A stretch of DNA of 62,643 bases, filler included, from Globobulimina sp. (Eukaryota): the NCBI GenBank assembly GCA_003354225.1. It is 23 parts of 23 records of this genome, joined end to end, with 100 filler letters (N's around TTAATTAATTAA, not from the genome) between each part and the next. Parts side by side here need not be neighbours in the genome. Positions count along the whole stretch, not along the records: positions 1 to 2,629 come from PIVH01005623.1; positions 2,730 to 5,358 come from PIVH01005624.1; positions 5,459 to 8,087 come from PIVH01005625.1; positions 8,188 to 10,816 come from PIVH01005626.1; positions 10,917 to 13,545 come from PIVH01005627.1; 18 more parts are not named here. One strand, 5' to 3'. The notes beneath the pieces were generated by a model. That model was not told where the DNA came from and ran no database searches. It saw nothing but the letters and a program-made list of their open reading frames with translations. Positions 1 to 11,729 of this stretch are shown here, one piece after another (positions within the stretch are counted from its first letter, which is position 1; each line of letters begins with the position of its first letter). Position numbers and translations under genes: made by a program.

Positions 1-268
1 CCATGCATCTTAATGATAGTGATGGGGTAGCCTTGTCTGGATACTATATATCGGTGTTAAATAATTTCATCCCATTTAAAGAAATGATACCTATTTGGTG
101 CTTACAATGCACATTATCCGTCTTGTTTATTTATAGCTATCTCAAAGCATCATCTCTCTCACACAGTGAAGTGCCTTGATGTATATTTCCGTTCTTGTAA
201 TATTTTAATTCACTGCTCACATTTTTGTTAGTTGTCAGAAACATACTCTTTTTCTGGAATTTTCTCAG

Positions 269-1723
269 ATGATTAATAGTTTAAGAAGTATATTGCAGCG
301 CGCAACAAAGACAACAGCAAGAATTATCAAACCACGCCGCGTTCATCAAATTCAAATAACGCATCCTCGTCGGTTCAATGCCTATAAAGTGGCGGGTTAT
401 TCATTTGGTGCGTTAACTGCACTTATTTTAGGACCCATTGTATTATGGCCGATTGCCGATGTTTGGTTATTACCTACAATCATATCACAAACCTTATCAC
501 AAACTCCATCCACTCAATGTAGCAATATATGGGGGAGAGATTTTGAAATCTCTCAACTTGAATATATGATGCAATCACAACCAAATAATATCTGGATATT
601 GAATGGCAATACAAACTGTGGCAAAACTGCATTTGTTAAAAAATTATTATCATTAAATAGCGGAATAATATATGTTGATTTGCGGCATTTCTTTGATGGA
701 AACGCTTTTGTGTTTGAAATGATTGATTGTTTGTATAATTCTGCAGAAAACAACAAATCAATAATAAACAAATTAGTTGGTTGCTATGTAAAATTGTTTT
801 GTTTTGTAACTACAATAATTGCACAATCTGACCAGCACATAACTGCCATGTTATATTTTCATGCATTATTAAATCATTTAAAAGCCGGCTGCACGAAATA
901 TAATAAAAAAAATAAACAATTCCCTTTGATTGTATTTGATCATTTTGAAGCATTACAATCTGCCGCAAATTACACAAAAGAAACGCAAAATCGCGAAATG
1001 TTGTCATTTATAATATATTCCATCTCGCAATTTGCCACATCAATATGTCACGATTTGGGTTTGTCGCATGTTTTATTTGCAGGTCATGACTTATCACATG
1101 ATTTGGATGCATCACTAGCGGCAGCACCTCGTAGTTCCATAACAAAACATTGCGAATATTGGCATATTGCTGGAATAAATAAAGAAATTGCAATAAAATA
1201 TATTATTAAAGAGTTTGAGAAGAAACTAAATGATGACAATAGTAAACATAGACAAGAATTGAATGGAATGGTATTGAAATTAATTAATTGTATCGGAACA
1301 AAAGCATTTGATATCTCTGTTGCATTGAAAGCAGTGACATCAAATATTATTGACAATAATAATGAGAGTACGAATGGAATAAAAGAATTGGATAAAAATA
1401 TCATACATTATATTAAACATTATAATGAATTACAAACACTGAAACTAAATAAAATGATTAAAAATAAAGATAATATTAAAAAATTGCAAACATTTATTAC
1501 AAATAATAATGACAGTCTAATGGAATGGAATCAGGCATTAAACCATTTTGACAATGATCGAGATTTAATGGTGAACTTAATAAATAATAATATTTTATCA
1601 CGGAAACACGGTAAAAAACTATCAAGCAATTTAATAGAATTAATGGAAATGAAGTTATTAGGAAAAGATGATAATGTTTATGTTGGCATTGTGGAATGTT
1701 GTGATTCTTTAATACGGAACTAA
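269..1723 (+). CDS. P-loop NTPase-domain protein with basic N-terminus (possible mitochondrial presequence) and one TM segment
   Basis: 484-aa ORF; Walker A-like LNGNTNCGKT, IIYVDLR strand, Walker B-like LIVFDHFE; Arg/Thr/Ser-rich N-terminus, then hydrophobic GYSFGALTALILGPIVLWP. Confidence 0.65.
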   Translation: MINSLRSILQRATKTTARIIKPRRVHQIQITHPRRFNAYKVAGYSFGALTALILGPIVLWPIADVWLLPTIISQTLSQTPSTQCSNIWGRDFEISQLEYMMQSQPNNIWILNGNTNCGKTAFVKKLLSLNSGIIYVDLRHFFDGNAFVFEMIDCLYNSAENNKSIINKLVGCYVKLFCFVTTIIAQSDQHITAMLYFHALLNHLKAGCTKYNKKNKQFPLIVFDHFEALQSAANYTKETQNREMLSFIIYSISQFATSICHDLGLSHVLFAGHDLSHDLDASLAAAPRSSITKHCEYWHIAGINKEIAIKYIIKEFEKKLNDDNSKHRQELNGMVLKLINCIGTKAFDISVALKAVTSNIIDNNNESTNGIKELDKNIIHYIKHYNELQTLKLNKMIKNKDNIKKLQTFITNNNDSLMEWNQALNHFDNDRDLMVNLINNNILSRKHGKKLSSNLIELMEMKLLGKDDNVYVGIVECCDSLIRN

Positions 1724-1914
1724 CTGCAATGTGTAATTTATTTGGTGATCAATAAAACCGGATGCTCTTTTCAGTCGTTTGCAAAGTGAATGCATTTACA
1801 ATTGTAACTTCAAATTTTGTTACTGAAAAAAAACTTAGTTAGATATATAGTCTAATCGTTTAAAATGTTCTCGTCGTGATCAGAACAGAAAGTCATTTGA
1901 TAGACACCCATACG

Positions 1915-2629
1915 ATGTCTGTGCAATTTATGGATATGATGTCATTGTTACAACACAGCTTGGACGATTTCATCAACACCTTAATCGACATAAAAAACGA
2001 AGGACACACTTTTACGTTAGTTGTGATTTGCGGAATTATTTTCGTATTAAGCATTCAGTTCATTCGCTACGTTTGGAAGTTGCTCTTTGAATCCCAACCA
2101 ATCGAAGATTTGTTACATTTCAAGGCCGCCCCTGCCGGGTTTAGTACATTCATTAATTTGCATTTCTAATTTATGCACACATCACATTTCAACACCAAAC
2201 ATATAATATCCTCGCACATCAACCCACAGCGATCGCGCCGCTGTCATATCCATCCAAGGACAGCGCAAATATATGGAAGACACTTACCAAGCCATCCCAC
2301 ACTTAACTGGCCATTCCAATTGGTCCTATTACGGCGTCTACGACGGCCACGGCGGTGCCCGCTGCTCCGTCTATGTCGCTCATTATTTACACAAACATGT
2401 CTTAGCGTGGATCGATGCGTATATCGCGCACTATTCCTCCAACTCACAGCGTTTAATCAATGAATTAAACAAACTCAACACACAAAAAACGAACAATGAC
2501 AATGACGCTAAGAGCAACCACGAAAATGAAACGCCAAAATTGACTGAAACTGAGCCAGACAGCGGCAAAAAGCAAGAAATCCCGGCTTCGATTCTAAAAA
2601 TAATGAACGAGATACTGTTGAAAAGTCAC
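1915..2629 (+). CDS. PP2C/PPM Ser/Thr phosphatase with N-terminal TM segment, 3'-truncated; intron 2139-2229
   Basis: Spliced reading gives QGQRKYMED and YYGVYDGHGG (PP2C motifs); a GT..AG intron joins ORFs 1876 and 2273 in frame. Confidence 0.88.
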
Positions 2630-2729
2630 NNNNNNNNNNNNNNNNNNNNNNNNNNNNNNNNNNNNNNNNNNNNTTAATTAATTAANNNNNNNNNNNNNNN
2701 NNNNNNNNNNNNNNNNNNNNNNNNNNNNN
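2630..2729. other. Artificial contig spacer (N-run, TTAATTAATTAA, N-run); recurs 22 times about every 2.73 kb
   Basis: Identical 100-bp linker with stops in all six frames; contig lengths fall from about 2629 to 2627 bp, as expected for size-sorted concatenation. Confidence 0.99.
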
Positions 2730-2762
2730 TAACGATGGATAAAGATATAAATGTAATATATT

Positions 2763-5323
2763 TTATTGATATATATTCTTCGATACTCTTCGTAAATATG
2801 CAAATAAAAACGAGCGAATATCACCAACAACAACATTACCAAATGAAGCCATACACAGAGTAATACCTTTTATATCATTTAATAACATATTAATTTGCTG
2901 TTTGCTAAATTGATGGCTTCGCGTCGGTTTTGTTAAATATATATAATATAATTGCATAGACGAGGCATGTCCGCATATCTTATAAATCAAATCCCGATAC
3001 GGCTGATTGTCAAACACCTTCACACGAGATTTATCCTTAAATTTGTTTAACAATTTCGCTGCGCCCTTTTCCCTCGCTTTCTGCTGTGATTTATTGATAA
3101 AATCCGTCAAAATGGACTGTGCGTCGCGTAATTTCTTTTCACATTTTATCAATTTCTGATGAAACTTGACACTGTTTATTTTAAAATTAGATTTGAGCCA
3201 ATCAATACTAATGCCATTGGCAAATAACTCGTCCAACGACAACAAAATAATATTGAATGTCTCCAACTTCTTCTCATAATTCACCACCATCACTTTGTTC
3301 TGCTCCCAAACGGCTTTATGTAAATACAACTTATTATTCAAAAACGAACCGGATATCATCGACTTTCCCAACACATCCAACAATTCGTACGTGTTCGACG
3401 GCTGCTTCTCTTTCTGTTTCCTATTATAATTATTCTGTATATCTTGAATCTCAATAAAGTCGATATCCGACGCTCTTTTCTTGGCCAATCGATCCAATGC
3501 TTTATGCAAACCAGCACCATACATTCGAGGCGTATTGTTCAGCGCCTCCAAATATTGCTCGTTTTTGCGACTATTCTTCTTCAGATTGTTCATACTCGTT
3601 TGTGGAGGACCGCGTAAGGTCATAGTCATCGATTTGAGAGCTAAATGGTTGGGGTTGGTGTCGTCATAATGGTCGTATAACTCACTCTTTTCGTCATAGA
3701 CGTCACTGTCTGAGCCGCTGTCTTCCTCTCTCTCTGCCAACCACGGCTGGTAACTCTCCTCCATCCCACTCTTGTTGCTCTTCGACGGCGACTGTACTTT
3801 CTGAGATTGCAACGCGGCGCCAAGTGTCTGGGCACATAGATTCAGAAAGTCGTCCCGTTCCACCTCAGACGTCAATTTTATAGCTAATAAGGTCTCGCTG
3901 TCTTTTGCGTTGCTTTTTGCTCCGATTTTGGATGAAAATTTAATCTCTTTCTTGTCGCGACTTAGATCGCAGTCCAATAAATTGAGACATTGCGAGGGCT
4001 CTTCGCCATTGGTATAATTTATGTGTGTTTTATATAATTTAATGTCTAATTTAATTAAACACAGAAACTTCTGTGAATAGAAACGCATTCGTTTGCCTTT
4101 TTTTTCTATATACGAGGCCCATACTAATTGATTCCCGCTCACTATGTCCGTGGACAAGGCACTGTTATTCACGATGATGTTCACCAAACTCAACACCGTA
4201 TTTGCTTCAGTTTCGGAGGCGAAAGAAATTAAAAAGTATCCGCGTGTGTTCTTAAACCATACTTTCAACACATTATCTTTGGCGGATTCGAACTCTGCGC
4301 CATTTAAACTGGAAAATGAGCGGATCTGCCGGTACTGTTTACCGCTGTGACTATCCGAATTGGACTGCTTCTTTTTGGCCTTCGTATGCACGGTAAAGGT
4401 CGAAGCGACGCTATCTAACCCAACAAAAAACTCTTGAGAGCCGAAATGCCGCTTCATTTCTTTGAATTTGTCAAAGTATCCGCTCGAGATATTCTCCTGC
4501 GGCGATATCATGGCCGTGCCTTTGAGTGGAAAGGTGATCTTTTTCTGGGTAGTCAATAAAGACAATGCTTGCTGTTGCTGCATGTTTAAGTGTTGTAAAT
4601 GGTACATGGACGAGGACGAAGCAGCGGGATACGGATTGGACACTTCCTTCTTTACTCTGCTCGCTTTCCCCGAGGCATGCAATTGCGTGTCACTGTCACT
4701 TTTATTTTGACTGTGTAGTATATTTTATTTGCGAATTTGCGCATTTTTATATGCATATTATACATAAAAATGTACCTCTGTGCCTGCAGTATCTGTTGCT
4801 TGAGAATGGAGGATAGCGACTCAATGGCAGCTAGTTTGTCGCGTAACTCGGTGAGATGCGAATGTCTGTTATTGGCAGTGATGTAATCCAAGAGAGCGGA
4901 TTCGCGATTACAATGCGGACAGACGCCCGTATACTTATTTGTGTTATACCCGTTGATATTTTGGGAATGGGAGGACATGGGGGAGCGACTACGCGAGGGA
5001 GTGGTTTTTGTTCGTAGTAATACCTGTGACCGTGATTTGTGATGGCGGGAAGGGGGATTTGGTGCTTCTTTGCGTGCATTGCGACGATAATGGTCGTCCA
5101 TGGCAACGGGAGGTTCGTGGTCCACGATATAGGGCTGTGAGGGTTGTTTGTTGTAATGGGTTGAATGTGTGATTTTGTATGGATTGGTGTCGTTATTTCT
5201 ATATAGGATGTGGTTGTGATTGTGATTTTTCGCTTTAATTTTGCTGGTTGCGTTGTGGAAGGAGTTGCTGCGTTGTTGAGCTTCGAACTCTTCCCTTAAT
5301 TGGCTCACATTAATATTGGACAT
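2763..5323 (-). CDS. Large protein with probable PH domain(s); intron 4711-4775
   Basis: GTAC..CACAG intron joins the two ORFs in frame; PH-like pattern WASYIEKKGKRMRFYSQKFLCL...LTSEVERDDFLNLC. Confidence 0.65.
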
Positions 5324-5691
5324 GGTTGTTGTGTATGGGTTTGTGTTTGTATTTGGGTNNNNNNNNNNNNNNNNNNNNNNNNNNNNNNNNNNNNNNNNNN
5401 NNTTAATTAATTAANNNNNNNNNNNNNNNNNNNNNNNNNNNNNNNNNNNNNNNNNNNNAACCTTTATGGCCCACAGATAGATGTTTTAGACGGTGGATAA
5501 CCTTCATGGCCCACAGAGAGAATGAGTGTGTATAATATGTGCGTGTCGCTACTATGTTTGATAGGGTTATCATGAATATGTGGCGGGCATGGCACTTTTG
5601 AATAAAATAATGATATAAATTTGATACTTTGCATAAATCCGATACAAATCCACCAAACCCAACCAACTAAAACCAACTATTTGTATCAGAT

Positions 5692-6075
5692 ATGACATCG
5701 ACAAAGAAACGAACGACGCGTAACAGCAACCGACATAATACAAACAATAATAACGAATCCGATGATGGCATTCATATACAAACCTTCCCCGAATTGATAT
5801 TCTTACAATCCACGTTGAGGAAATTTACCAAACCATGGATAAGGTCTGGATTAGATACGTTTCGCTGGATTTTAGATGTGCGAAATTATCGAGATGGCCA
5901 TCCAGATCATCCTCATACGATGTTGGCCAAAGAAATATTAAATTCCATACCTACGGGAAGCCGCCAGCTATATTTTGATCGCTGCAATCTTACGGATTCA
6001 GATCGCTTCGACTTCCGAACATCCCAACCTCTGAACGCCCAAACTTCTGAACCTCTCAACCTCTCAAACCTCTGA
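5692..6075 (+). CDS. Hypothetical protein (possibly degraded or element-derived)
   Basis: 127-aa ATG ORF with Asn-rich N-terminus; no recognisable motif. Confidence 0.3.
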   Translation: MTSTKKRTTRNSNRHNTNNNNESDDGIHIQTFPELIFLQSTLRKFTKPWIRSGLDTFRWILDVRNYRDGHPDHPHTMLAKEILNSIPTGSRQLYFDRCNLTDSDRFDFRTSQPLNAQTSEPLNLSNL

Positions 6076-6241
6076 CTTAAATGCATTCCTTCCATTCGTA
6101 TGTAAAAAAGAAAAAAAATCTGTTTTCTTATTTTTGTATGTTATTGGACCGGTGCGGTTTATTTATTTGTCTGACCTGAAATAATATTCAGATTAAAGTA
6201 TCACACTCGATTACACATGGGTGAATATCCTTACAAAGTAT

Positions 6242-6362
6242 GCGAATCAGTCATTTTCAAACTGAAAATTGTCACAAAATGTCAAAATGTAAAACGACTG
6301 AGGATTCACACGCGAATCAGTTAGTTTCAAACTGAAAATGTAAAATGATTGGGGATTCACAT
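6242..6362 (+). repeat. Partial array of the hairpin-rich 50-70 bp repeat also at 7735-8087
   Basis: GGATTCACACGCGAATCAGT and TTTCAAACTGAAAAT motifs, same orientation as the downstream array. Confidence 0.9.
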
Positions 6363-7235
6363 GCAATTAATCCATCCGATGAGACCATGGCAACCTTATT
6401 TTCTTTGATGACTTGAAAAAGTGCATCACCATCTGATGATATGTTTGTGCTATTTAGATGTTGATCATTACAAATCTGAAAGAGCGGAGATCATATCTGC
6501 TTTTAAAGTTGACGTAGATTTTCAAGCAAACGACCGAGTCAAGCAAATCTCAAGTTTTTTATTTTGTACTCTGATCAACTTGCAATGCCATTATTCACCA
6601 TTACTTCCACAAGAGTCCTGATCCATTGTTTTGACTTTGCTGTAAACACTGATTACAATCATGTTTACAACTATGTTTAAGCAGTGACAACTTCAATTAC
6701 GACCCGTTTGACAGGTTCGATTGGTCATTGACCGAGTTCAGTCCGTTGACCAGTGCCCGGTACGAGCGTCATCCAACCTTTGAGCGACAAGTTCCTGGAC
6801 GAGTATGGCAAGTTTTTGTAGCCTATCATTGTAATGAGATGCTCAGATAAAGAGTTGGTCGCTTTATATAATAGAATGCTGAGAATAGCGATTTGGATAA
6901 CATTCTCGTATCTCAGCAAATATAGCTTATTGTGTGTGTTCTAGCATTACTACTTATACCGCGCCTGTGTTGCCACACAGGATATGATAACGTTTGCGCT
7001 ATCTATTATTACCTTGACACTCGGTAGCTGTGAAACAGTTCTAAATCTAGAACATTTAATCATAATTCAGAGCATTAATCATCCGACAAGTCAAACTCTA
7101 AAACAAATAAAACCAAAACCAAAGACTAACTCGATCAACACAATTACAATCAGGTTAGTTTTTTGTGCATTAGTTTTAAAACATCTACTTTTATAAATTG
7201 CTCAATAGAACCGTTTGGATCTCAAACAGCAAACA

Positions 7236-7676
7236 ATGGCAAGATATTTATTGTCCAGATTAGGTGGAGCAGAATCAATGAAAGCAGTTACCGAAAGATG
7301 GCTCGACAAGTTAGTGAAAGATGATCGCATCAAAAATTTGTTAAGTGCAAATATTGACGAAGAAAAATTGACAGAACAGAAAGTTAGATTGGCAACATAC
7401 TGTACTGCATTATTTAGTGGGGAACATCCTGACAAATCACCACACAATGCTTCATTTGTCAGTGAAAAAAACATGCCAGAAAGAAACAGCGAAAAATTTC
7501 GACAAACAATTCAAGTATTTGGTGAATTATTCATTGCAGCAATGAATGAAAATGGAATACAAGATGAGCAACTTATTGCTCAGTGTCTTGATATCTTTAA
7601 TGTGGAGCTCGAAATACGCATGGGGCAGTTCATGGGAGATAGCATTAATTCAAGGTGCAGTTGTTTAATTTCATAA
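7236..7676 (+). CDS. Divergent group I truncated (2/2) globin-like protein with C-terminal CaaX (CSCLIS)
   Basis: LLSRLGGAESMKAVTERWLDKLVKDDRIKNLL matches the trHbN pattern LYERLGGxxAIxAVVxxFYxRVLADxRIxxFF; the C-terminal FIAAMNENGI..LIAQCL matches G/H helices. Confidence 0.65.
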   Translation: MARYLLSRLGGAESMKAVTERWLDKLVKDDRIKNLLSANIDEEKLTEQKVRLATYCTALFSGEHPDKSPHNASFVSEKNMPERNSEKFRQTIQVFGELFIAAMNENGIQDEQLIAQCLDIFNVELEIRMGQFMGDSINSRCSCLIS

Positions 7677-7734
7677 GTACAAATTGTTTATTTGAAATTT
7701 CTTTGTTTATGTTTATGTTTTAATTTTCCACGAA

Positions 7735-8087
7735 TGGGGATTCACACGCGAATCAGTCAGTTTCAAACTGAAAATGTAAAATGAGTGGGGATTCACACGC
7801 GAATCAGTCAGTTTCAAACCGAAAATTGTCAATGTCAAAAACGTAAAACAACTGGTGATTCACAAAAAAACCAGTCAGTTTCAAACTGAAAATTGTCACA
7901 AAATGTCAAAAATGTAAAACGACTGGGGATTCACACGCGAATCAGTCAGTTTCAAACCGAAAATTGTCAATGTCAAAAATGTAAAACAACTGGGGATTCA
8001 CAAAAAAACCAGTCAGTTTCAAACTGAAAATTGTCACAAAATGTCAAAAATGTAAAACGACTGAGGATTTACACGCGAATCAGTCAG
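7735..8087 (+). repeat. Tandem minisatellite, about 6 monomers of 50-70 bp with a ~138-bp higher-order dimer; runs off the contig end
   Basis: Alternating GGATTCACACGCGAATCAGTCAG and GATTCACAAAAAAACCAGTCAG monomers, each followed by TTTCAAAC(T/C)GAAAAT. Confidence 0.95.
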
Positions 8088-8358
8088 NNNNNNNNNNNNN
8101 NNNNNNNNNNNNNNNNNNNNNNNNNNNNNNNTTAATTAATTAANNNNNNNNNNNNNNNNNNNNNNNNNNNNNNNNNNNNNNNNNNNNCGAGGCTTCATAC
8201 CGTTGATTCATATTTCGAGTGATTTTATGAAATTGACAATTAAATTTCATGCCAGATATCATGCTGTTGATTGTCACAAATAAAACAGATTTAAAACATT
8301 TTCATTTTATTCAAAGTTTTTTTCATTTTCATTTTCTTCAAAGCTCGCCATCAAAATA

Positions 8359-9694
8359 ATGGTGAATATTTTCAAAGGAATGCGATTGTTTCTCCCCATC
8401 ATATACGGTTTCTTTGGGCAGTGTTTATTTTATTTGCTAAATCCAAGAAAATATCAACGAATAAGTCCGATGCGGGGAAAGAATCACAATCTTGTTGTAA
8501 ATGCAGTAAATGTGATACCATTTGTCATTGCATTAAAAGCAGAAAAGAGGATGGATTGACAAGAGAGGAATATTTGACTTCATTGGAAATTATGGTTAGT
8601 AAAATAATGTTATATTATTTTCAAGCCATTTCTTATATTTTAACAACAAGTTTAGTTTAATAATAGTTCTATTTCAGTTTGCAACAAAATGTCTTGATGA
8701 TATAAAGGAGAAATACAATATAATTTATATGGATTTGTTGAGTTATGCAATTTGAATATTCTTCGTTTTTTATCGGTTGGTGATGGCGATGGTTACTGTT
8801 TGTTTAAAGAAATGAATGCTGCGCAAAAGATATCTGTGCAATTAGTAACAACTGCATCCATTCTATTTTTTATATTTACAGCTTATGCCTGTTCCTTATG
8901 TTGCAAACAATGCACCAAAAATATGAAGAGAAGAGGCAATTTCCCACAATGTTTTGTATCGGCAATGCTGATATGCGTTGGACAGATTCTTTCGGTCTTA
9001 TTCCAATTATTTGCATGTCGAAAAATTACAGATAATGTGGTTGTCCATTTTTTCTTTGGTTCGCGTGATTGTTACGGATTTATATGGATAGCATCATTTA
9101 TGGCTTTATGTATTGTATTTGGATCGTTTTTTGCTTTATTTTTTTCAATTTTTATTCGCAGAAAAACCCAGTTGCAAAAAGATACTAAAAACTGTTATTA
9201 TTATCCAGCTATTTGGTGCTACAGAGGTTCATATTGGTATTGGGAGTTAATATTATTTGTAAGACGATCGGTATTTGCGTTTGTATTTATTGTGTTTGAT
9301 ATCAATATTTTAAAAATGACCATGGGGATATTATTAATAATTTATTTGTCTTCCATTCAAAGTGAAAGATGCAAATGTATTCGAAGCATATTTAATTGGA
9401 GCCACTGCATTGATTATTTTCATTGATGCTGGCAGTTCAGACACACAATTTAAAAATGTTACAATTTCCATATTAATCACATTTCCATTGTTTTGGTACA
9501 TTTATTTTGCAATTTCACGCTGTAAATCATTGATGAAAACGGATAATTATAAGAATGGCAATGACATTAGGAATCAAAATGAAATGGGTGATATTGAGCT
9601 GTATCATAATAATACAGAGGTTCAGTTGGTATCGACTGCCGATGAAGATGAAGAAGATCAACCCACCGGAACAAATTTCCGTGATCAATTATAA
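8359..9694 (+). pseudogene. Disrupted multi-pass membrane protein (C-terminal TM module of a Cys-rich receptor-like family)
   Basis: Hydrophobic segments over several frames (KIMLYYFQ; LFQLFACR; YRGSYWYWELILFVRR; ANVFEAYLI) with stops and frameshifts I could not explain by introns. Confidence 0.6.
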
Positions 9695-9863
9695 CGATTT
9701 TACGTTCTTCCATTTAAAGTAACTTTTATTCCGAAAAAGTAAAAATATCGACACTTTAAATTGATTGACAATTAGTACCTTATTAAATATTTATTCATAC
9801 AATATTGCTTTTTTTTTATGTAAATTTGTTTCTTTTTTATATTTTTTTATATTCATACTCGAG

Positions 9864-10083
9864 TTATTACATTTTCAGTTTTTATAACAACATGGTTGAA
9901 ATCTCAAAATAACTTTTTGTTTGAGAAAAGTTATTTTTTATCTATATGACAAAAAAAATCATCAACGCATTCTTTTTTGATATCATCACGGCCTTTTATG
10001 TATATCTCAAAATAACTTGAGATTCCATATACAAAATATGAGGTACCACTGGCATGTTGTTATAAAAACTGAAAATGTAATAA
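9864..10083. mobile_element. MITE-like element, 220 bp, perfect 31-bp terminal inverted repeat
   Basis: TTATTACATTTTCAGTTTTTATAACAACATG (9864-9894) is the exact reverse complement of 10053-10083; non-coding interior. Confidence 0.8.
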
Positions 10084-11258
10084 TATAGAAATAGCCAACA
10101 ATATAACTATACCAATTGTAAGTATGCAAGGTAAGATCACAATAGATTCGCATTAATTAGAGATTTCCAATTGTGACTGCTTTGTAGTTATCAGATCGAC
10201 TGCTTTGCAGTTAATGTTTTTCTATTCGACATCCATATAAACCACCACTAACTGCACGAAAAAATGAGGCGCAGTTAGCATTCAGTGAAGTAGAACTGCA
10301 AAACAGTTAAATGTAGAATCGACTGTACATAATTAATGCCAATCGACGTGCATTATGACAGTAAATATTTGAATAGATTATAAATCAATAGTAAAGCTAT
10401 AAAATCTATACACCATAACTAGTTTGGATAAGTTGTGGATCAAATGTCAGTTTATCTTTGTCGTAAATACTTTGAATCGATTCGAATTCATCAAGTTGCT
10501 CTTCTAAATAACGCAGCAATGTCTACTAAAAAAAACATGGATTTACGTGGAACCAGAAGAAGCCACATGTATATCATCTACGCACTATTCTTTCTATTGG
10601 TGCTAGTGACATATTGTTATTTGGTTACAATCATGGACATAACTCCAAGGGACTGGGATACATAGGTGTTTGTTGATGGTAATGGTAAATAATAATATGT
10701 TTGATCTTGATCTTCAATGATTTAAACTTGCGACGAGCAACGTTTCTGGATTTAATCTCACCTCAATAAATTAGCTCAATAGTTGTGACCGCAGTGATCT
10801 AATGTGGGGACTCCTTNNNNNNNNNNNNNNNNNNNNNNNNNNNNNNNNNNNNNNNNNNNNTTAATTAATTAANNNNNNNNNNNNNNNNNNNNNNNNNNNN
10901 NNNNNNNNNNNNNNNNCCGATCTAATAAAATATTAATAGTTTTTGTACTGCCATAGAGATATTGATTGAGAATATTTTTTAATGTTAATTGTTTATTTGC
11001 AAATAATGAATATAATTTGTCAGGGGAACCAATTTTAGTTTTTTTCTTATATAATAAACGTAATTTGATGAATAGTAATTGATCCTTGCTCCATTTTATT
11101 AATATTTCATATTCATCATCAGCTACATTTATATTTATATTTTTATCAATTGATTTAGGATTATTAAAATTGGATATTTTGCAATTTGTGTTATGATCAA
11201 TATGATCAAACGAAGCATGTACATTCTGCGTAGCATTTATATGTGATCGGTGTAAGGA

Positions 11259-11603
11259 TTAAAAAGATACAAAATATACACAAACGCTTTTGCCATTATT
11301 TAGTTTTTGTCTCTTTTGTGGAGGTTCGTCCTCATATTTTTTGATTATTTCTTCCCCATCGTCATCACCAGATTCTTTGTTGATTTCTTTCTTTATAAAT
11401 TTGAATATTTTATGTTGTTCCCACATTAATGATATACCAAGACTTTCTTTGATAAATTGACGAATACTGTCATCACCATCCTCAAAACATGATAAATCCT
11501 CCAGCTCAAAACCTGATTCCACAAACTTATCAACATATATATGTAGTCGACCACTGTGTAACCATTGCTTCAATTTGCAATCATTACTTTGTTTCTTTGC
11601 CAT
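11259..11603 (-). CDS. SAM-domain protein, probable 5' exon
   Basis: MAKKQSNDCKLKQWLHSGRLHIYVDKFVESGFELEDL...LGISLMWEQHKIFKFIK fits the SAM consensus; NLS-like PPQKRQK. Confidence 0.55.
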   Translation of the reverse strand: MAKKQSNDCKLKQWLHSGRLHIYVDKFVESGFELEDLSCFEDGDDSIRQFIKESLGISLMWEQHKIFKFIKKEINKESGDDDGEEIIKKYEDEPPQKRQKLNNGKSVCVYFVSF

Positions 11604-11729
11604 GGTCGATGCAGCTTTGATCGATCCGCAGAGCACTGCTTTTATGCCACTATTAAACAAGGGAAAATACAGGGGGCAAAATAATTTAATATATAGAATA
11701 TATATACAAATATTATTATTCAAATTGAA

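Noticed and set aside
2630-2729. Regularly spaced TTAATTAATTAA palindromes as a biological repeat
   Set aside because: They are assembly linkers inside N-runs; ORFs ending in X..LIN are artefacts of them
7735-8087. CRISPR array
   Set aside because: The sequences between the hairpins are themselves repeated, so there are no unique spacers; no cas genes; eukaryotic context
10770-10800. tRNA suggested by TAGCTCAATAG (also near 46490)
   Set aside because: No anticodon or T arm follows; better explained as a decayed coding fragment on the minus strand
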